Positions 23,592 to 33,721 of a DNA stretch of 37,522 nucleotides are shown one piece after another. The stretch is taken from the IMG/VR virus record IMGVR_UViG_3300016664_000053; one strand, given 5' to 3'. The translations under genes were made by a program, and so were the position numbers. Origin of the DNA: a virus. The notes below the pieces were generated by a model. It did no database searches and was not told where the DNA came from. It worked only from the letters and a program-made list of their open reading frames with translations. Every line of letters starts with the position of its first letter. The first letter of the stretch is position 1.

Positions 23592-24076
23592 CCATCACGA
23601 TTGAAGTTGAAGGGCTGGGCCAAGTGCAGGCTATGCTGCGCAAGTATGGCGCGGATGCTGAAAAGGAAATCGGCAAGGCCGTAACCGCAACGGCTTTGGA
23701 GATTGACCGCAACGTCAAGAAGGCAATCCAGTCGGGGCCAAAGACGGGGCGGACCTATACCGAGATATTCCGCACCATCAACGGGCGCGTCGTGCCTGTC
23801 GGGCCGCGATCCGGCAATAACCTGTCGGCAAGCCATACGGCATCCGCGCCGGGGCAACCGCCTGCAACCGATACCGGGACGCTGGTGTCTAGCCTATACT
23901 TCACGCAAGAGACGCGCTTGCAGGCCACGATTGGCAGTCGCCTAGCCTATGCCTACTATCTGGAATATGGCACAAGCCGCATGGCACCTCGCCCTGTCTG
24001 GCAGCCTGAGACGGAAAAGGGCCAGAAGGCACTCATGGCGCGGATTGAAAAGGCATTGCAGAGGGCGGCACCATGA
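23588..24076 (+). CDS. HK97 gp10-family tail component
   Basis: ORF track entry; position and ...YAYYLEYGTSRMAPRP motif. Confidence 0.65.
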   Translation: MTITIEVEGLGQVQAMLRKYGADAEKEIGKAVTATALEIDRNVKKAIQSGPKTGRTYTEIFRTINGRVVPVGPRSGNNLSASHTASAPGQPPATDTGTLVSSLYFTQETRLQATIGSRLAYAYYLEYGTSRMAPRPVWQPETEKGQKALMARIEKALQRAAP

Positions 24077-24492
24077 ACCCAATCGAACTGCAAAACGCGA
24101 TCTATACCCGGCTAAACGCAACGGGCGTCACAAGCCTTCTGACCGCAAGCTACGGCACAACGGCCATATTCAACGAGTGGGTTCCGCAAGTAACCGACGC
24201 GGGCGATCCGGCGTTCTTTCCCTTCATCACTATGTCTTTCCCGGCATCCACGCCATACGATGACAAGGATCAGGTCGGGCAATCCAGCCTTGTGCAAATT
24301 GACGTATGGTCGCGCGTCAACACAACCCAAGTGAAGGCCATTGCAAAGGCGGTTTACGACCGTTTGCATCGGCAGGATTTGGGAGTGACGGGCCACATCC
24401 AGACTTTGTGCGAGGATATGGTATTCGAGCGAGACCCGGACGGCATCACGCGGCGCGGGCGGTTGTCGTTTCGCGTTCTAGCGTTGGCTTGA
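24073..24492 (+). CDS. Tail completion protein (recalled as DUF3168-like)
   Basis: ORF track entry; N-terminal LQNAIYTRLNA... pattern and synteny. Confidence 0.6.
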   Translation: MNPIELQNAIYTRLNATGVTSLLTASYGTTAIFNEWVPQVTDAGDPAFFPFITMSFPASTPYDDKDQVGQSSLVQIDVWSRVNTTQVKAIAKAVYDRLHRQDLGVTGHIQTLCEDMVFERDPDGITRRGRLSFRVLALA

Positions 24493-24494
24493 GT

Positions 24495-24507
24495 GTTATG
24501 GTATAAC
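24495..24507 (+). promoter_or_regulatory. GTTATGGTATAAC motif, copy 3 (upstream of major tail gene)
   Basis: Read directly; one mismatch to the other two copies. Confidence 0.4.
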
Positions 24508-24538
24508 GTGGCAGGACACAGCTTAGGAGGCTGACAAC

Positions 24539-24943
24539 ATGGCTAAACTACCTGGCCGCAAGGTTCGCGTTGAATACTCTTCAACCCCCATCGCTGGGGC
24601 TATTTCTGACAGCATCACGATCAACCGTGAAGCCATTGACGCCACGGACAAGGATGATGCGGGAGTTCGTCAGTATCTTTCTGAGCTTGGCACGTTCAGC
24701 ATGTCAATGTCGTGCTCTGGCCATTTGGACGGCAACACGCTGTTGGTTTTGGCAAACTCCACTACGACCGGGACGCACACATTTGACTTTGTGATCGACG
24801 GGCTTGGAACTTACTCTGGTCCGTTCTGCATCACGTCTTTTGAGGTGAGCGGCGAGGAAGGCGCGGACACCGTGCGATTTTCGGCATCCTTTGAGAGTGG
24901 CGGCGCTATCACCTTCACCCCGGTCACCCCGGTTGGCCCGTAA
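24539..24943 (+). CDS. Major tail protein (TP901-1 / GTA g9-like)
   Basis: ORF track entry; AGGAGG RBS; size and synteny fit. Confidence 0.7.
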   Translation: MAKLPGRKVRVEYSSTPIAGAISDSITINREAIDATDKDDAGVRQYLSELGTFSMSMSCSGHLDGNTLLVLANSTTTGTHTFDFVIDGLGTYSGPFCITSFEVSGEEGADTVRFSASFESGGAITFTPVTPVGP

Positions 24944-25311
24944 TGGCAGTCTTTCGGGAAATCACTATCCCCTTCGCCGGGAAGGATTACACCGTCACGC
25001 CTTCTAACAAAGTGCTTCGTCGCATTGAAATGAAGGCGAGACGGGATGATCCGCAATTCAACCTTGTTGCTGTGTTTTACCGCGCAACGTCGCAGGCTGG
25101 CGGGTTCTATGATTTGTCGTTTGTGCTGGCAGAGCTGATCAATTCGGCAGGCGGAAGCGTGACGGAAGATGAAGCGCTTGCAGAGTTCATGCGCTTTGAC
25201 GATCCAAAGCAGCTTTCTGGCTACGTCAACCTGATCTGTTCCTGCGTCATGCCTGAGCCGAGTGACAAGGCAAAAAAAGAGACCGGGGCGGAGACGGAGA
25301 CAGCGACGTAA
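24943..25311 (+). CDS. Tail assembly chaperone (G-like)
   Basis: ORF track entry. Lies immediately upstream of the tape measure and contains the slippery A AAA AAA at 25272-25278. Confidence 0.7.
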   Translation: MAVFREITIPFAGKDYTVTPSNKVLRRIEMKARRDDPQFNLVAVFYRATSQAGGFYDLSFVLAELINSAGGSVTEDEALAEFMRFDDPKQLSGYVNLICSCVMPEPSDKAKKETGAETETAT

Positions 25312-25508
25312 TCGCCCCGATTGACTGGGATGCGTTCTATGGGTTCGCCCGCGCTTGTGGAATACAGCCCGGAGAGTTTTGGGAAATGACCCTGCCCGAG
25401 ACGCTGTTAGAGTTCGATTTGCGGGAGCCGCCGGATAAAAGCCTGATGGGTTTGACGCCAGAGCAAGACGATGAATTGAAGCGGTGGATTGCAAATGGCT
25501 ACTCCTGA
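24943..25508 (+). CDS. Tail assembly chaperone -1 frameshift product (GT-like)
   Basis: The -1 frame after GCA AAA AAA G (25270-25279) stays open to TGA 25506-08 and has no start codon of its own. It reads ...KKRDRGGDGDSDVIAPIDWDAFYGFARACGIQPGEFWEMTLPETLLEF..., like GTA-type chaperone extensions. Confidence 0.6.
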
Positions 25509-27597
25509 AATCAAAGTCAAAATTGGCGCAGACACCAAAGACCTAGACAACGGCATAAAGGGCGTTGAGGGTCGGCTGGCTACGTTCGCACGGGCGGGCG
25601 CGGCTGCGGCTGCAACGGCTGTGGCGGCGCTTGCGGCTGGCATGGTGGCGCTTACCAAGCGCAGCATGGCTGAGATCGACGCACAGGCCAAGCTGGCGCA
25701 ATCCTTGGGAACGACAGTCGCGTCAATGCAGACGCTGCAGCGGGCCGGGGAATTGGCTGGCGTGTCAATGTCTGGCATCCAGCAGGCAACGTCAGACTTG
25801 ACGCGGAGGCTTTCGCAAGCGGCTTCCGGCACGGGGCCTGTAGCGGATGCGCTGGATCGGCTTAACCTTTCGGCGGCGGCGCTGGCGCAGGTTCCGCTTG
25901 ATCAGCGGATCATGCAGATCAACGAGGCGCTTGATCAGTTCATCCCGGCGACTGAGCGCGCGGCTGTGGCGGGCCAGTTGTTCGGCGAAGAAGGTTCGCT
26001 TGCCATGTCGCGTATTGATACCGCGACACTGAGACAGGCGACCGAAGACGTTTACCGCTTCGGGGTGGTGACTTCCGAACTTGATGCGGACAACATCGAG
26101 ACGGCGAACGATGCTGTTTCGCGTCTTGGGCTTGTCATGCAGGGCATGGGTAATATCGTCGCGGCTGAGGTCGCACCTGCGATTGAGACCCTTGCAAACG
26201 GCATTGTCAATTTCATTGGGAACGTCGCTGGCTTCCGAATTGAGTTGGAGCAATTCTTCGGCACGTTGGAAATGGCGCGCATTTCTCTTGGCGAGGATTT
26301 GTTTAACCAATTGCTAGGCAACCCTGCATTGATCCGCGAGCATACCACGGCGCTTGAGGCTATTGTTGTGGAGATGGAAAGCCTAGCGCAAGTCGCTGCG
26401 ACTGTGACGCCGCAGCTTCGCATTTTCGCGGATGAGTTGGAGGACTTGGGAGAAAGCGGCGCGGCAGATGAAATGCGCGCTATCGCTGATGCCGCAGAGC
26501 AAGCCAATGCAGATTTTGCGGCGGGTGCAATCACGCAAGAGGAATACAATACTCTAATTGCAGACACCGCAAAACGGGCGCAGGACGTTGTAACCGAGTT
26601 TGAGAACATCAACGGCGCTGATTTCTCAAACGCGTTTGCTAACATCACAACTCTTGCAAATGGCCTTCGGGATGCAGCGGCAGCGGCAGCGGCGGCTCGT
26701 TCTGAAATTTTCGCGGCAATGAACATGACACCTGCCCCGGCTGGCGGCGCGATGTCTGGCCTTGCAGGTGGCGACTTGTTGCCGCCTTCACCGCTTGCGC
26801 CGTCCGAAAGCATCCGTCCGCAACAGCAAGGCGTTGACAGCTTCGGCAACTGGCAAGCCGCGCAAGGCCAAGGCCAAGGTGGTGGGGCAGGGGCTGCGAT
26901 TACTGACATGTTCGCGCAGCGTTTGGAAGCCTTGCAGGAAGGGCTAATGACAGAGGCCGAAGTGGTGGCTGAATGGTATCAAAACAGCCTTGAGACGCTT
27001 GCAGAAGCCAAAGAGCGCGAAATCCTGACCGAAGAGGAATACCGCCAACTGCGCGAAAGGCTGGAGGCAGAGCATCAAGAACGGCTTGGCAAGATCCGCG
27101 ACCTTGGGAACGAAAGTGCGCTTTCATCGGTGATCGGCGCGGGGCAGCAAATCCTATCGGCCTTGGGCGCGACAAATCAGAAAGCATTGCGCATTGCCAA
27201 GGTATTCGGCGCGGCGCAAGCCTTTGTCGATACATACGCGGGCGCGGCTGCGGCCTTGAAGCTTCCATTCCCGCAAAACCTTGCGGCGGCGGCGGCTATC
27301 ATCGCTAAGGGCATCGGCTTCGTGACCGCGATCAAGGGAGTGAATGAGGGCGGAGGCGGCGCTACTGCTTCGGCGGGCGGCGGCGGCGGAGGTGGCATTG
27401 CGCGGGCTGCATCCGTTGGCGGTGGCGTTGCAGCTGGCGGGGCAGGCGCATCCCCCGCACAAACCCCCACGACCACGTTCCAATTCACGCTGACCAACGA
27501 TCCTTTCGGGTTCGGGGAAAACTTCGCCCGGCAATTTATTGATCAGCTAAACGCCACGCAGCGGAACGGTGGGCAAATCCGGGGGGTCATCGCATGA
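25495..27597 (+). CDS. Tail tape measure protein
   Basis: ORF 25489..27597 (TTG), with ATG at 25495. 700 aa, Ala-rich and helical, with a Gly-rich C-terminal part. Position fits. Confidence 0.85.
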   Translation: MATPEIKVKIGADTKDLDNGIKGVEGRLATFARAGAAAAATAVAALAAGMVALTKRSMAEIDAQAKLAQSLGTTVASMQTLQRAGELAGVSMSGIQQATSDLTRRLSQAASGTGPVADALDRLNLSAAALAQVPLDQRIMQINEALDQFIPATERAAVAGQLFGEEGSLAMSRIDTATLRQATEDVYRFGVVTSELDADNIETANDAVSRLGLVMQGMGNIVAAEVAPAIETLANGIVNFIGNVAGFRIELEQFFGTLEMARISLGEDLFNQLLGNPALIREHTTALEAIVVEMESLAQVAATVTPQLRIFADELEDLGESGAADEMRAIADAAEQANADFAAGAITQEEYNTLIADTAKRAQDVVTEFENINGADFSNAFANITTLANGLRDAAAAAAAARSEIFAAMNMTPAPAGGAMSGLAGGDLLPPSPLAPSESIRPQQQGVDSFGNWQAAQGQGQGGGAGAAITDMFAQRLEALQEGLMTEAEVVAEWYQNSLETLAEAKEREILTEEEYRQLRERLEAEHQERLGKIRDLGNESALSSVIGAGQQILSALGATNQKALRIAKVFGAAQAFVDTYAGAAAALKLPFPQNLAAAAAIIAKGIGFVTAIKGVNEGGGGATASAGGGGGGGIARAASVGGGVAAGGAGASPAQTPTTTFQFTLTNDPFGFGENFARQFIDQLNATQRNGGQIRGVIA

Positions 27598-28370
27598 CGA
27601 TCAACACCACGGGTTACACGGTTGGCAGCAACTTCCCGCTCAACCATGCGCGCATTCTGTGGAATATGCTCACGGGCACGGTCACTGGCGACGGCACGGG
27701 CGCTGCGCTAGCCGCTAATGACTTCACAGCCCAGCGTTGGGCGGTAAACGCGGGTTCTTGGGTGCTGGAAACAGCAGCGGACGCGCAGGTGGATTGCGTT
27801 TTCATCGCGGCGCATAACCTGGCGGGAAAGCTGGTCACTATCGGCACAAGCGCGGCAACTTCCGGCGGATTTACCACGCGGGCCAGCTTCACGCCGCCGG
27901 ATAACACTACGATCTGCGCGCTATTCAACACGGCGGGCGGCTTGCCGCATACGATCCGGCGCATCCAAGTGACCGTGGGCGGAAGCAATAACGCGGTGGG
28001 CATCATCCGCGCCGGGGTGGCCTTGCAGATGCAGATGCCTTTCTACGCTGGCCACGGTGTCGCCAACTGGTCGCGGATCACCGAAGGGCAGCAGCAATTC
28101 AGCGAGACTGGCCAATGGCTGGGCCGCACTGAAAAGCGCATTGCTTTGGAGGCGTCCTATTCATGGGCGCATTTGGACGCGTCATGGTATCGGACCAACT
28201 TTGAGCCTTTTGCGCAAACGCTTCCGTTAAAGCCATTCGGCATCGCTGGCAATCCATCCAAAATGCCGGATGACGTTGCATGGTGCTGGACTAGTAGCGA
28301 TCCGCGCCCGACTAATATGGGCATCCGCGACTTGGTGCAGGTGGGCATGACTGTGACGGGGTATCGCTAA
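27594..28370 (+). CDS. Putative distal tail protein
   Basis: ORF track entry; assignment by synteny only. Confidence 0.5.
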   Translation: MTINTTGYTVGSNFPLNHARILWNMLTGTVTGDGTGAALAANDFTAQRWAVNAGSWVLETAADAQVDCVFIAAHNLAGKLVTIGTSAATSGGFTTRASFTPPDNTTICALFNTAGGLPHTIRRIQVTVGGSNNAVGIIRAGVALQMQMPFYAGHGVANWSRITEGQQQFSETGQWLGRTEKRIALEASYSWAHLDASWYRTNFEPFAQTLPLKPFGIAGNPSKMPDDVAWCWTSSDPRPTNMGIRDLVQVGMTVTGYR

Positions 28371-30115
28371 TGGCCTTCCTGCGGCAACCCATCCAGGCGG
28401 TTGAGATTGTGCAGCCATTGTGCAGCCGCACATTTGGCGTAGCGCCATGTAACGCCACTGGCACGGCCTGCTATAACACAGACAAGACGTGCAAGTTCCG
28501 CGCTGCGCTGGATATGACTGACACCTTGTCGCTTTTCTTTGTGGGCGACCGTGGCTTTGACTGGCGTGATGAGCCGGGGGCATTCCAGCCTGCGCTGGCA
28601 ATCCCGGCTTTGCGGCAGGTGCAGACCGCGCCAACGGTCCTAAACGTGGCCAGCGGATCTAGGAACAAGTCACCGCTTGGCTATCGCGCGGTATGCCAAG
28701 TGCAAATCAGAGACTTTCCTTGGAATGACGTTGACACAGACCCGTATGTATCAACGCGGGGCTATGATCCTACGACTAAGGGCAGCTTCTGGTCCAAGTG
28801 GCTTGCCCGAAACCCTTTCCATGTGGGCTATACAATTCGTGTTTATGAAGGCGAGCTAGGCCAAGCGCTGTCTTCAATGACTAAGCGCGAATACACCATC
28901 GAGAAGATCGACGCTGGCCGCGATGGCGTGACGATCACCGCCAAGGACATTCTGCGGAAGGTGACGGATACGGGGGTGACCGCGCCTAGCCTTTCGCCTG
29001 GTGAATTGTCGCTTGATCTGGCAATCGGCGGCACGTCCTTTCAGGTGGCTGGCGCGGTGCTGGCAGATTATCCGGCAAGCGGCTGGGTGCGGATCGGGAA
29101 CGAGGTTATCGCCTACACGTCACGGGCCACGGTGGGAAGCAATGTGGAGTTCACCGGGCTAACGCGCGGCGCGCTTGAAACAACGGCGGCGGCGCATAAG
29201 CAAAACGCGCGAGTTCAGCGGGTGCTGGCCTACGTCAATGTGCCGTTTAGCGATATTCTCTATGACCTGTTCACCACTTGGGGCCTCATCCCGACAAGCT
29301 ACATCACCAAGGCAGATTGGGATGATGAATTCAACTTGTGGAGGCCTCAATTCAGCTTCACCGCATACATCACACAGCCCACGGCGGTTGAGGATTTGGC
29401 GGCTGAGATCTGCTTGCAGGCGCTGGCCAATGTCTGGTGGGATGAGAGGGTTCAGAAAATCATCCTTAAAGCGCAGCGGCCAGACTTCTTTCCCGATTTG
29501 GCAACCGATGACGCCGATATTCTGGCAGGGTCTTTTGCGATTAAGGAATTGCCGGAAGATCGGGCTTCGCAGGTTTTCGTGTATTACAACCTGCGCAATC
29601 CGACGCTGAATATCACCGACCGTGGCAGCTATGAGAACGCGGCTGTGTTTATCGATGTTCAGTCGCAGATACAGTATGGCGGCGAGCCTGCCATTCGAGA
29701 GTTGTTCTGCCGCTTTATCAACACCGGGGCAATCGCCAATACTATTGCGGCAACGTATCTGCGCAGGTTCAGCAATGTCCGGCGCGAGATCACGTTTGAA
29801 CTATCAACCGAGGATAAGGTATGGACGGGCGGGACGATTGACGTTGAACATTTCCTAGACAGCGATGAAAACGGTGACAAGATACGCGGCAACTGGCTTG
29901 TGATCGAGGCATCGGTGCAGGAAGTTGGCGGGCGGTATCGCTTTGTCGCGGAAGATAATGGCAGCGCCGGGGTGCTTTGGCTCTGGCAGGATGATACACT
30001 TGTTTCGACTAGCTGGTCGGCAGCTACTGAAGAAGAGCGGCGGACGATTGGCTATTGGCTCAACGATGATGGGACGGATCAGGGCGGGACGCCTCGTCCG
30101 TTTAGGTGGCTATAA
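28370..30115 (+). CDS. Putative tail tip/hub protein
   Basis: ORF track entry. Assignment by synteny and size. N-terminal Cys cluster CNATGTACYNTDKTC. Confidence 0.5.
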   Translation: MAFLRQPIQAVEIVQPLCSRTFGVAPCNATGTACYNTDKTCKFRAALDMTDTLSLFFVGDRGFDWRDEPGAFQPALAIPALRQVQTAPTVLNVASGSRNKSPLGYRAVCQVQIRDFPWNDVDTDPYVSTRGYDPTTKGSFWSKWLARNPFHVGYTIRVYEGELGQALSSMTKREYTIEKIDAGRDGVTITAKDILRKVTDTGVTAPSLSPGELSLDLAIGGTSFQVAGAVLADYPASGWVRIGNEVIAYTSRATVGSNVEFTGLTRGALETTAAAHKQNARVQRVLAYVNVPFSDILYDLFTTWGLIPTSYITKADWDDEFNLWRPQFSFTAYITQPTAVEDLAAEICLQALANVWWDERVQKIILKAQRPDFFPDLATDDADILAGSFAIKELPEDRASQVFVYYNLRNPTLNITDRGSYENAAVFIDVQSQIQYGGEPAIRELFCRFINTGAIANTIAATYLRRFSNVRREITFELSTEDKVWTGGTIDVEHFLDSDENGDKIRGNWLVIEASVQEVGGRYRFVAEDNGSAGVLWLWQDDTLVSTSWSAATEEERRTIGYWLNDDGTDQGGTPRPFRWL

Positions 30116-30498
30116 TGACTTTTACACTTTTACCAAATACTGCCGTTGGCGTTGGCGGGCTTCCGTCTGGAACAACGGTAACAGCGCTTCGGGACAACGC
30201 GGAGGAGGCAGCTTGGTTTGGCCACAGTTGGCAGGACATTTCTTCATCTAGAGCGACAAATACAAGCTATCAAAACACAACTGGTCGGCAGATAATGGTA
30301 TCTGTTTTTGTAACGGGCGGGACAATTCTTTTATTTGACTATCAAGTTTCACCTAATAATTCGACTTGGGTTACTATTTCACGGGGGTCTAGCAATTCAA
30401 CTATTCCTGCCTTCTTTATTGTCCCTTCGGGGTCTTATTACAGAGTTCTGGCAAGCGGACCTGGATCTAATGTGGTTTTTTGGGCGGAGTTGCGCTAA
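30115..30498 (+). CDS. Hypothetical tail-associated protein (127 aa), low-GC segment
   Basis: ORF 30106..30498 trimmed to ATG 30115 (TAATG overlap). Confidence 0.5.
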   Translation: MTFTLLPNTAVGVGGLPSGTTVTALRDNAEEAAWFGHSWQDISSSRATNTSYQNTTGRQIMVSVFVTGGTILLFDYQVSPNNSTWVTISRGSSNSTIPAFFIVPSGSYYRVLASGPGSNVVFWAELR

Positions 30499-31019
30499 TG
30501 GAACGCGGATGGTTTCACCCCGAGCGAGGCTACTGGCAGACAACGGGAAATGTGCCTGCTATCATTCGTGACGGATACCCTGAGGGAACGATTGAGGTTC
30601 ATGTAAAGCCTGGTCAGCATTATGAATGGAGTGGCACGGATTGGGAATATGTTGCTCCTGAAATTACTGCTGGCAGCGTAAACGCTGAGCGAGACCGCCG
30701 CTTGCAGGCTGACTTTGAGTTCCATGGCAAGATGTATCAGCGCGACGCGGTTAGCCTGCAACGGATTGCCGGAAAGGCTACGCTGGCAGGCTTTGCCATT
30801 GCGGCAGGTGCGCAGTCTGGCAATCTGAGGTGGGATAATCCCGAAAGGGACTTTGGCTGGATTGCTTCTGACAACACGATCACGCCAATGGATGCGCAGA
30901 CGTGCTTTGCGTTCGGTCAGGCGGCGGCGGCTGTGGAAACGCGGCTTGTCTTTGCAGCCAAGCAACTGCGGGACATGGACCCTATCCCGGCTGATTACAC
31001 CGACAATAAGTGGTGGTAA
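30498..31019 (+). CDS. Hypothetical tail-fibre-associated protein (recalled as DUF4376-like)
   Basis: ORF 30480..31019 trimmed to ATG 30498 (TAATG overlap). Confidence 0.5.
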   Translation: MERGWFHPERGYWQTTGNVPAIIRDGYPEGTIEVHVKPGQHYEWSGTDWEYVAPEITAGSVNAERDRRLQADFEFHGKMYQRDAVSLQRIAGKATLAGFAIAAGAQSGNLRWDNPERDFGWIASDNTITPMDAQTCFAFGQAAAAVETRLVFAAKQLRDMDPIPADYTDNKWW

Positions 31020-31261
31020 TGATGCGGCGGATTGTCATGATCGGCGACGCGCTGTCGCAGCTTGGCAACGTCGCATGGCCGTTCTGGTCGGTGCGCGATA
31101 CATCCGCGAATGAAAGCATTTCTGGGCGGTGCTATCGGGAGCGGCGCGCGTTTCGGCATGTGATCAATGCGCTTTTCTTCTGGCAGGATGATCACTGCCG
31201 CATTGCGTTTGAGGCTGATCTCGCGCGGGCACGGGCGCTAGTCGCGGCGCATGATATGTGA
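31019..31261 (+). CDS. Hypothetical protein (80 aa)
   Basis: ORF 31010..31261 trimmed to ATG 31019 (TAATG overlap). Confidence 0.45.
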   Translation: MMRRIVMIGDALSQLGNVAWPFWSVRDTSANESISGRCYRERRAFRHVINALFFWQDDHCRIAFEADLARARALVAAHDM

Positions 31262-31294
31262 TATTGTAACGCCAAATCCGCATAGGGGGCCGCG

Positions 31295-31579
31295 ATGCCG
31301 CAAAACACCACTTACAATCTGACCACGGAATGGGTGATGATCACCGATACCAACGTCACGCAAGCGACGTTCCAGAACCTGACACAGGGCGGCATGTTCC
31401 TAGCCGGGACGAATGGCACCACGCCCCCCACGGCGGGTTTGCAGACGATCAGCTACGGCGCTGGCCAAGGTGAGCGAAACGCTTTGCTTGCCGACCTGTT
31501 TCCAGGCGTGACTGGGGTTAACAGGCTTTGGGCGCGCGTTCAAAACGGGCAGGGCACGGTTTTTGTGAGCCACGTTTAA
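31295..31579 (+). CDS. Hypothetical protein (94 aa)
   Basis: ORF track entry; GGGGG upstream. Confidence 0.5.
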   Translation: MPQNTTYNLTTEWVMITDTNVTQATFQNLTQGGMFLAGTNGTTPPTAGLQTISYGAGQGERNALLADLFPGVTGVNRLWARVQNGQGTVFVSHV

Positions 31580-31592
31580 GGGGGTTTTACCC

Positions 31593-33356
31593 ATGCTTTC
31601 CAGCATTGTATCCCCGCTTGATGGCTTTCGTTCTCCGTTTGGTCCGCCGCGCGGGTTTAATCCTGCGCGCTTGTTCGGCCCCACTGACACGGGCTGGCTT
31701 TACGACCTTCCCGATATGTCCACGCTGTTCCAAGACGCAGCAGGCACGATCCCTGTTACCGCCGTGAACCAACCTGTGGGGCTGTGCTTGGATAAGTCCA
31801 AGGGGCTGGTGCGGGGGCCGGAACTGGTCACGAATGGGGATTTCTCCAGCGGGACGGCGGGGTGGACGCTGCAAACTGGCTGGACAATTGCAGGAGGAAT
31901 GGCTTCTGTAAACTCAGGCGCGTCTGCAAATGTTTACCTTCAGCAAACTCTAACGGGACTTGTAATAGGTAGGACTTATCAAGTTTCCTACTCCTACAAT
32001 GTTGTTTCTGGTCGCGTAAGGCTAAACCCAAGCCTCGTGGGCGTGACGGCAAATAGGGGTGCAGGGTCGGTAGGAACTGATACCGTTCTAGTTGTTGCCA
32101 CCTCAAACAATCACAATGTTTGGGTGCAGGCAATAGATGCTGGGACGGTCGCGACCATCGACAACATTTCCGTCCGCGAACTCCCCGGCATTCACCGCTC
32201 CCAATCCGCCTCGCTCCCCCGCCCGACCTATGCACGTCATCCGGCGAGTGGCATCAGGAACCTGCTGACGTTCACGGAAGAGTTTGAGAATGCTGCTTGG
32301 GCGAAATCAAGGTCGAGCATAAGCCCTAATGTTGCAACCGGCCCTGATGGTTCATTGACAGCTGATAAACTTGTTGAGGACACCAGCAGTACAGATCACA
32401 GGCTCAGTTACGGACCGTCGTTGACGCTTCCAACGGGTTCGCCGTCAACCGGTTCTATCTACATGAAAGCGGGTGAACGTAACTTCTTCCGTTTCTATGT
32501 TTTGTTTATACCGGGCGCTCCAAATTGGACTGTAAATCTGACTACTGGCGCAGTTAATATTATTAGCGGTGGTGAATTTGTAACTGTTTCAACGGTGAAT
32601 GTCGGCAATGGATGGTGGCGCATCAGTTGGACATTCACCGCCCAAACTGCCACATCAAGCGGAGCTATATATGGGTCTATTGCCACAGACGCTGGTGGAA
32701 CGATAAACTATACTGGTGACGGCACCAGTGGCATCTTTGTCTGGGGTGCGCAACTCGAACTCGGCTCCACGGCCACCGCCTACCAGCGCGTGCGCTCTGT
32801 CTTTGACGTGACCGAAGCGGGCCAGCCCGATCTGTATTACCTCTCCTATGACGGATCGGACGACTTCCTGTCCACGGCCCCATTTGCGTGGGGGAGCGAC
32901 AAGGCAACCATCTGCGCGGGGGTGAGGAAGCTGTCGGATGCGGCGGGCGACAGGGTCATTGTCGAGGCAAGCGCCAACTCTGACAGCACAAACGGCACAT
33001 TCCGGCTTGGCACGAATGCGGCGACGTTCACTTGGCGCAGCCGTGGCACGGTGTCTGCGGATACGTCCGGCGCGGGTGCGCAGCCGATTAGCGCTGTTCT
33101 GACTGGTATAGGCGACATTTCCGGCGACGTGGCAAGGCTTCGGCGAACTGGCGTTCAGGTTGGCGAGGTTTTGACGGATCAAGGCACGGGCAACTTCGGC
33201 ACACACTCCATTTTCTTCGGCGCACGGGCGGGCACGTCCAGCTTCTTCAATGGCCGCGAATACCCGAGCTTTGGCATCAACCGCCTACTGACCGCGAATG
33301 AACTGAGCCAGCTTGAACGCTGGACGGCGCAAAAGACGGGGGTGACAATTCCATGA
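31593..33356 (+). CDS. Tail fibre / receptor-binding protein with two lectin-like beta-sandwich modules
   Basis: ORF track entry. Module 1 GDFSSGTAGWTLQTGW...IDNISVRELPG, module 2 ...GWWRISWTF...GIFVWGAQLELGSTATAYQRV. The central part is AT-richer. Confidence 0.65.
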   Translation: MLSSIVSPLDGFRSPFGPPRGFNPARLFGPTDTGWLYDLPDMSTLFQDAAGTIPVTAVNQPVGLCLDKSKGLVRGPELVTNGDFSSGTAGWTLQTGWTIAGGMASVNSGASANVYLQQTLTGLVIGRTYQVSYSYNVVSGRVRLNPSLVGVTANRGAGSVGTDTVLVVATSNNHNVWVQAIDAGTVATIDNISVRELPGIHRSQSASLPRPTYARHPASGIRNLLTFTEEFENAAWAKSRSSISPNVATGPDGSLTADKLVEDTSSTDHRLSYGPSLTLPTGSPSTGSIYMKAGERNFFRFYVLFIPGAPNWTVNLTTGAVNIISGGEFVTVSTVNVGNGWWRISWTFTAQTATSSGAIYGSIATDAGGTINYTGDGTSGIFVWGAQLELGSTATAYQRVRSVFDVTEAGQPDLYYLSYDGSDDFLSTAPFAWGSDKATICAGVRKLSDAAGDRVIVEASANSDSTNGTFRLGTNAATFTWRSRGTVSADTSGAGAQPISAVLTGIGDISGDVARLRRTGVQVGEVLTDQGTGNFGTHSIFFGARAGTSSFFNGREYPSFGINRLLTANELSQLERWTAQKTGVTIP

Positions 33357-33721
33357 TGATACTCACGATTGCTTGCCCAGAGGCTTTCATCGCGCAGGGA
33401 AATCAGTTCTCCCGCTGCGTGGGCTTGGGGCCTGACGATGACAAGACCTTTGGTCTGCCGCTGTGGCAAGACGCGGGCGGCAACCGCTATGCCGTGGCGT
33501 CTGGCCTTGTGTCGGATAGCTTTGCAGAGATCGCGACGGGCGAACTGATGGAGCCTGAATGGGGCTGCGACATGGATGCGGCACGAATTGCCCAGGCCAT
33601 GATCCGGCTTGGCGAACAGGCCACGCCCGACACAATCGCGGCACATTTCGGCGATGCGATGGCGGCGATGGCAGCGATGGGGCTGGTGTCTGTGCCGCAG
33701 GAGGCCAGCGATGGGCCGTGA
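33353..33721 (+). CDS. Hypothetical protein (122 aa)
   Basis: ORF track entry; ATGATG overlap with the fibre stop. Confidence 0.5.
   Translation: MMILTIACPEAFIAQGNQFSRCVGLGPDDDKTFGLPLWQDAGGNRYAVASGLVSDSFAEIATGELMEPEWGCDMDAARIAQAMIRLGEQATPDTIAAHFGDAMAAMAAMGLVSVPQEASDGP

Noticed and set aside
31593-33356. Diversity-generating retroelement targeting the tail fibre.
   Set aside because: There is no reverse transcriptase ORF anywhere in the window, and I noticed no template-repeat copy of the fibre C-terminus.
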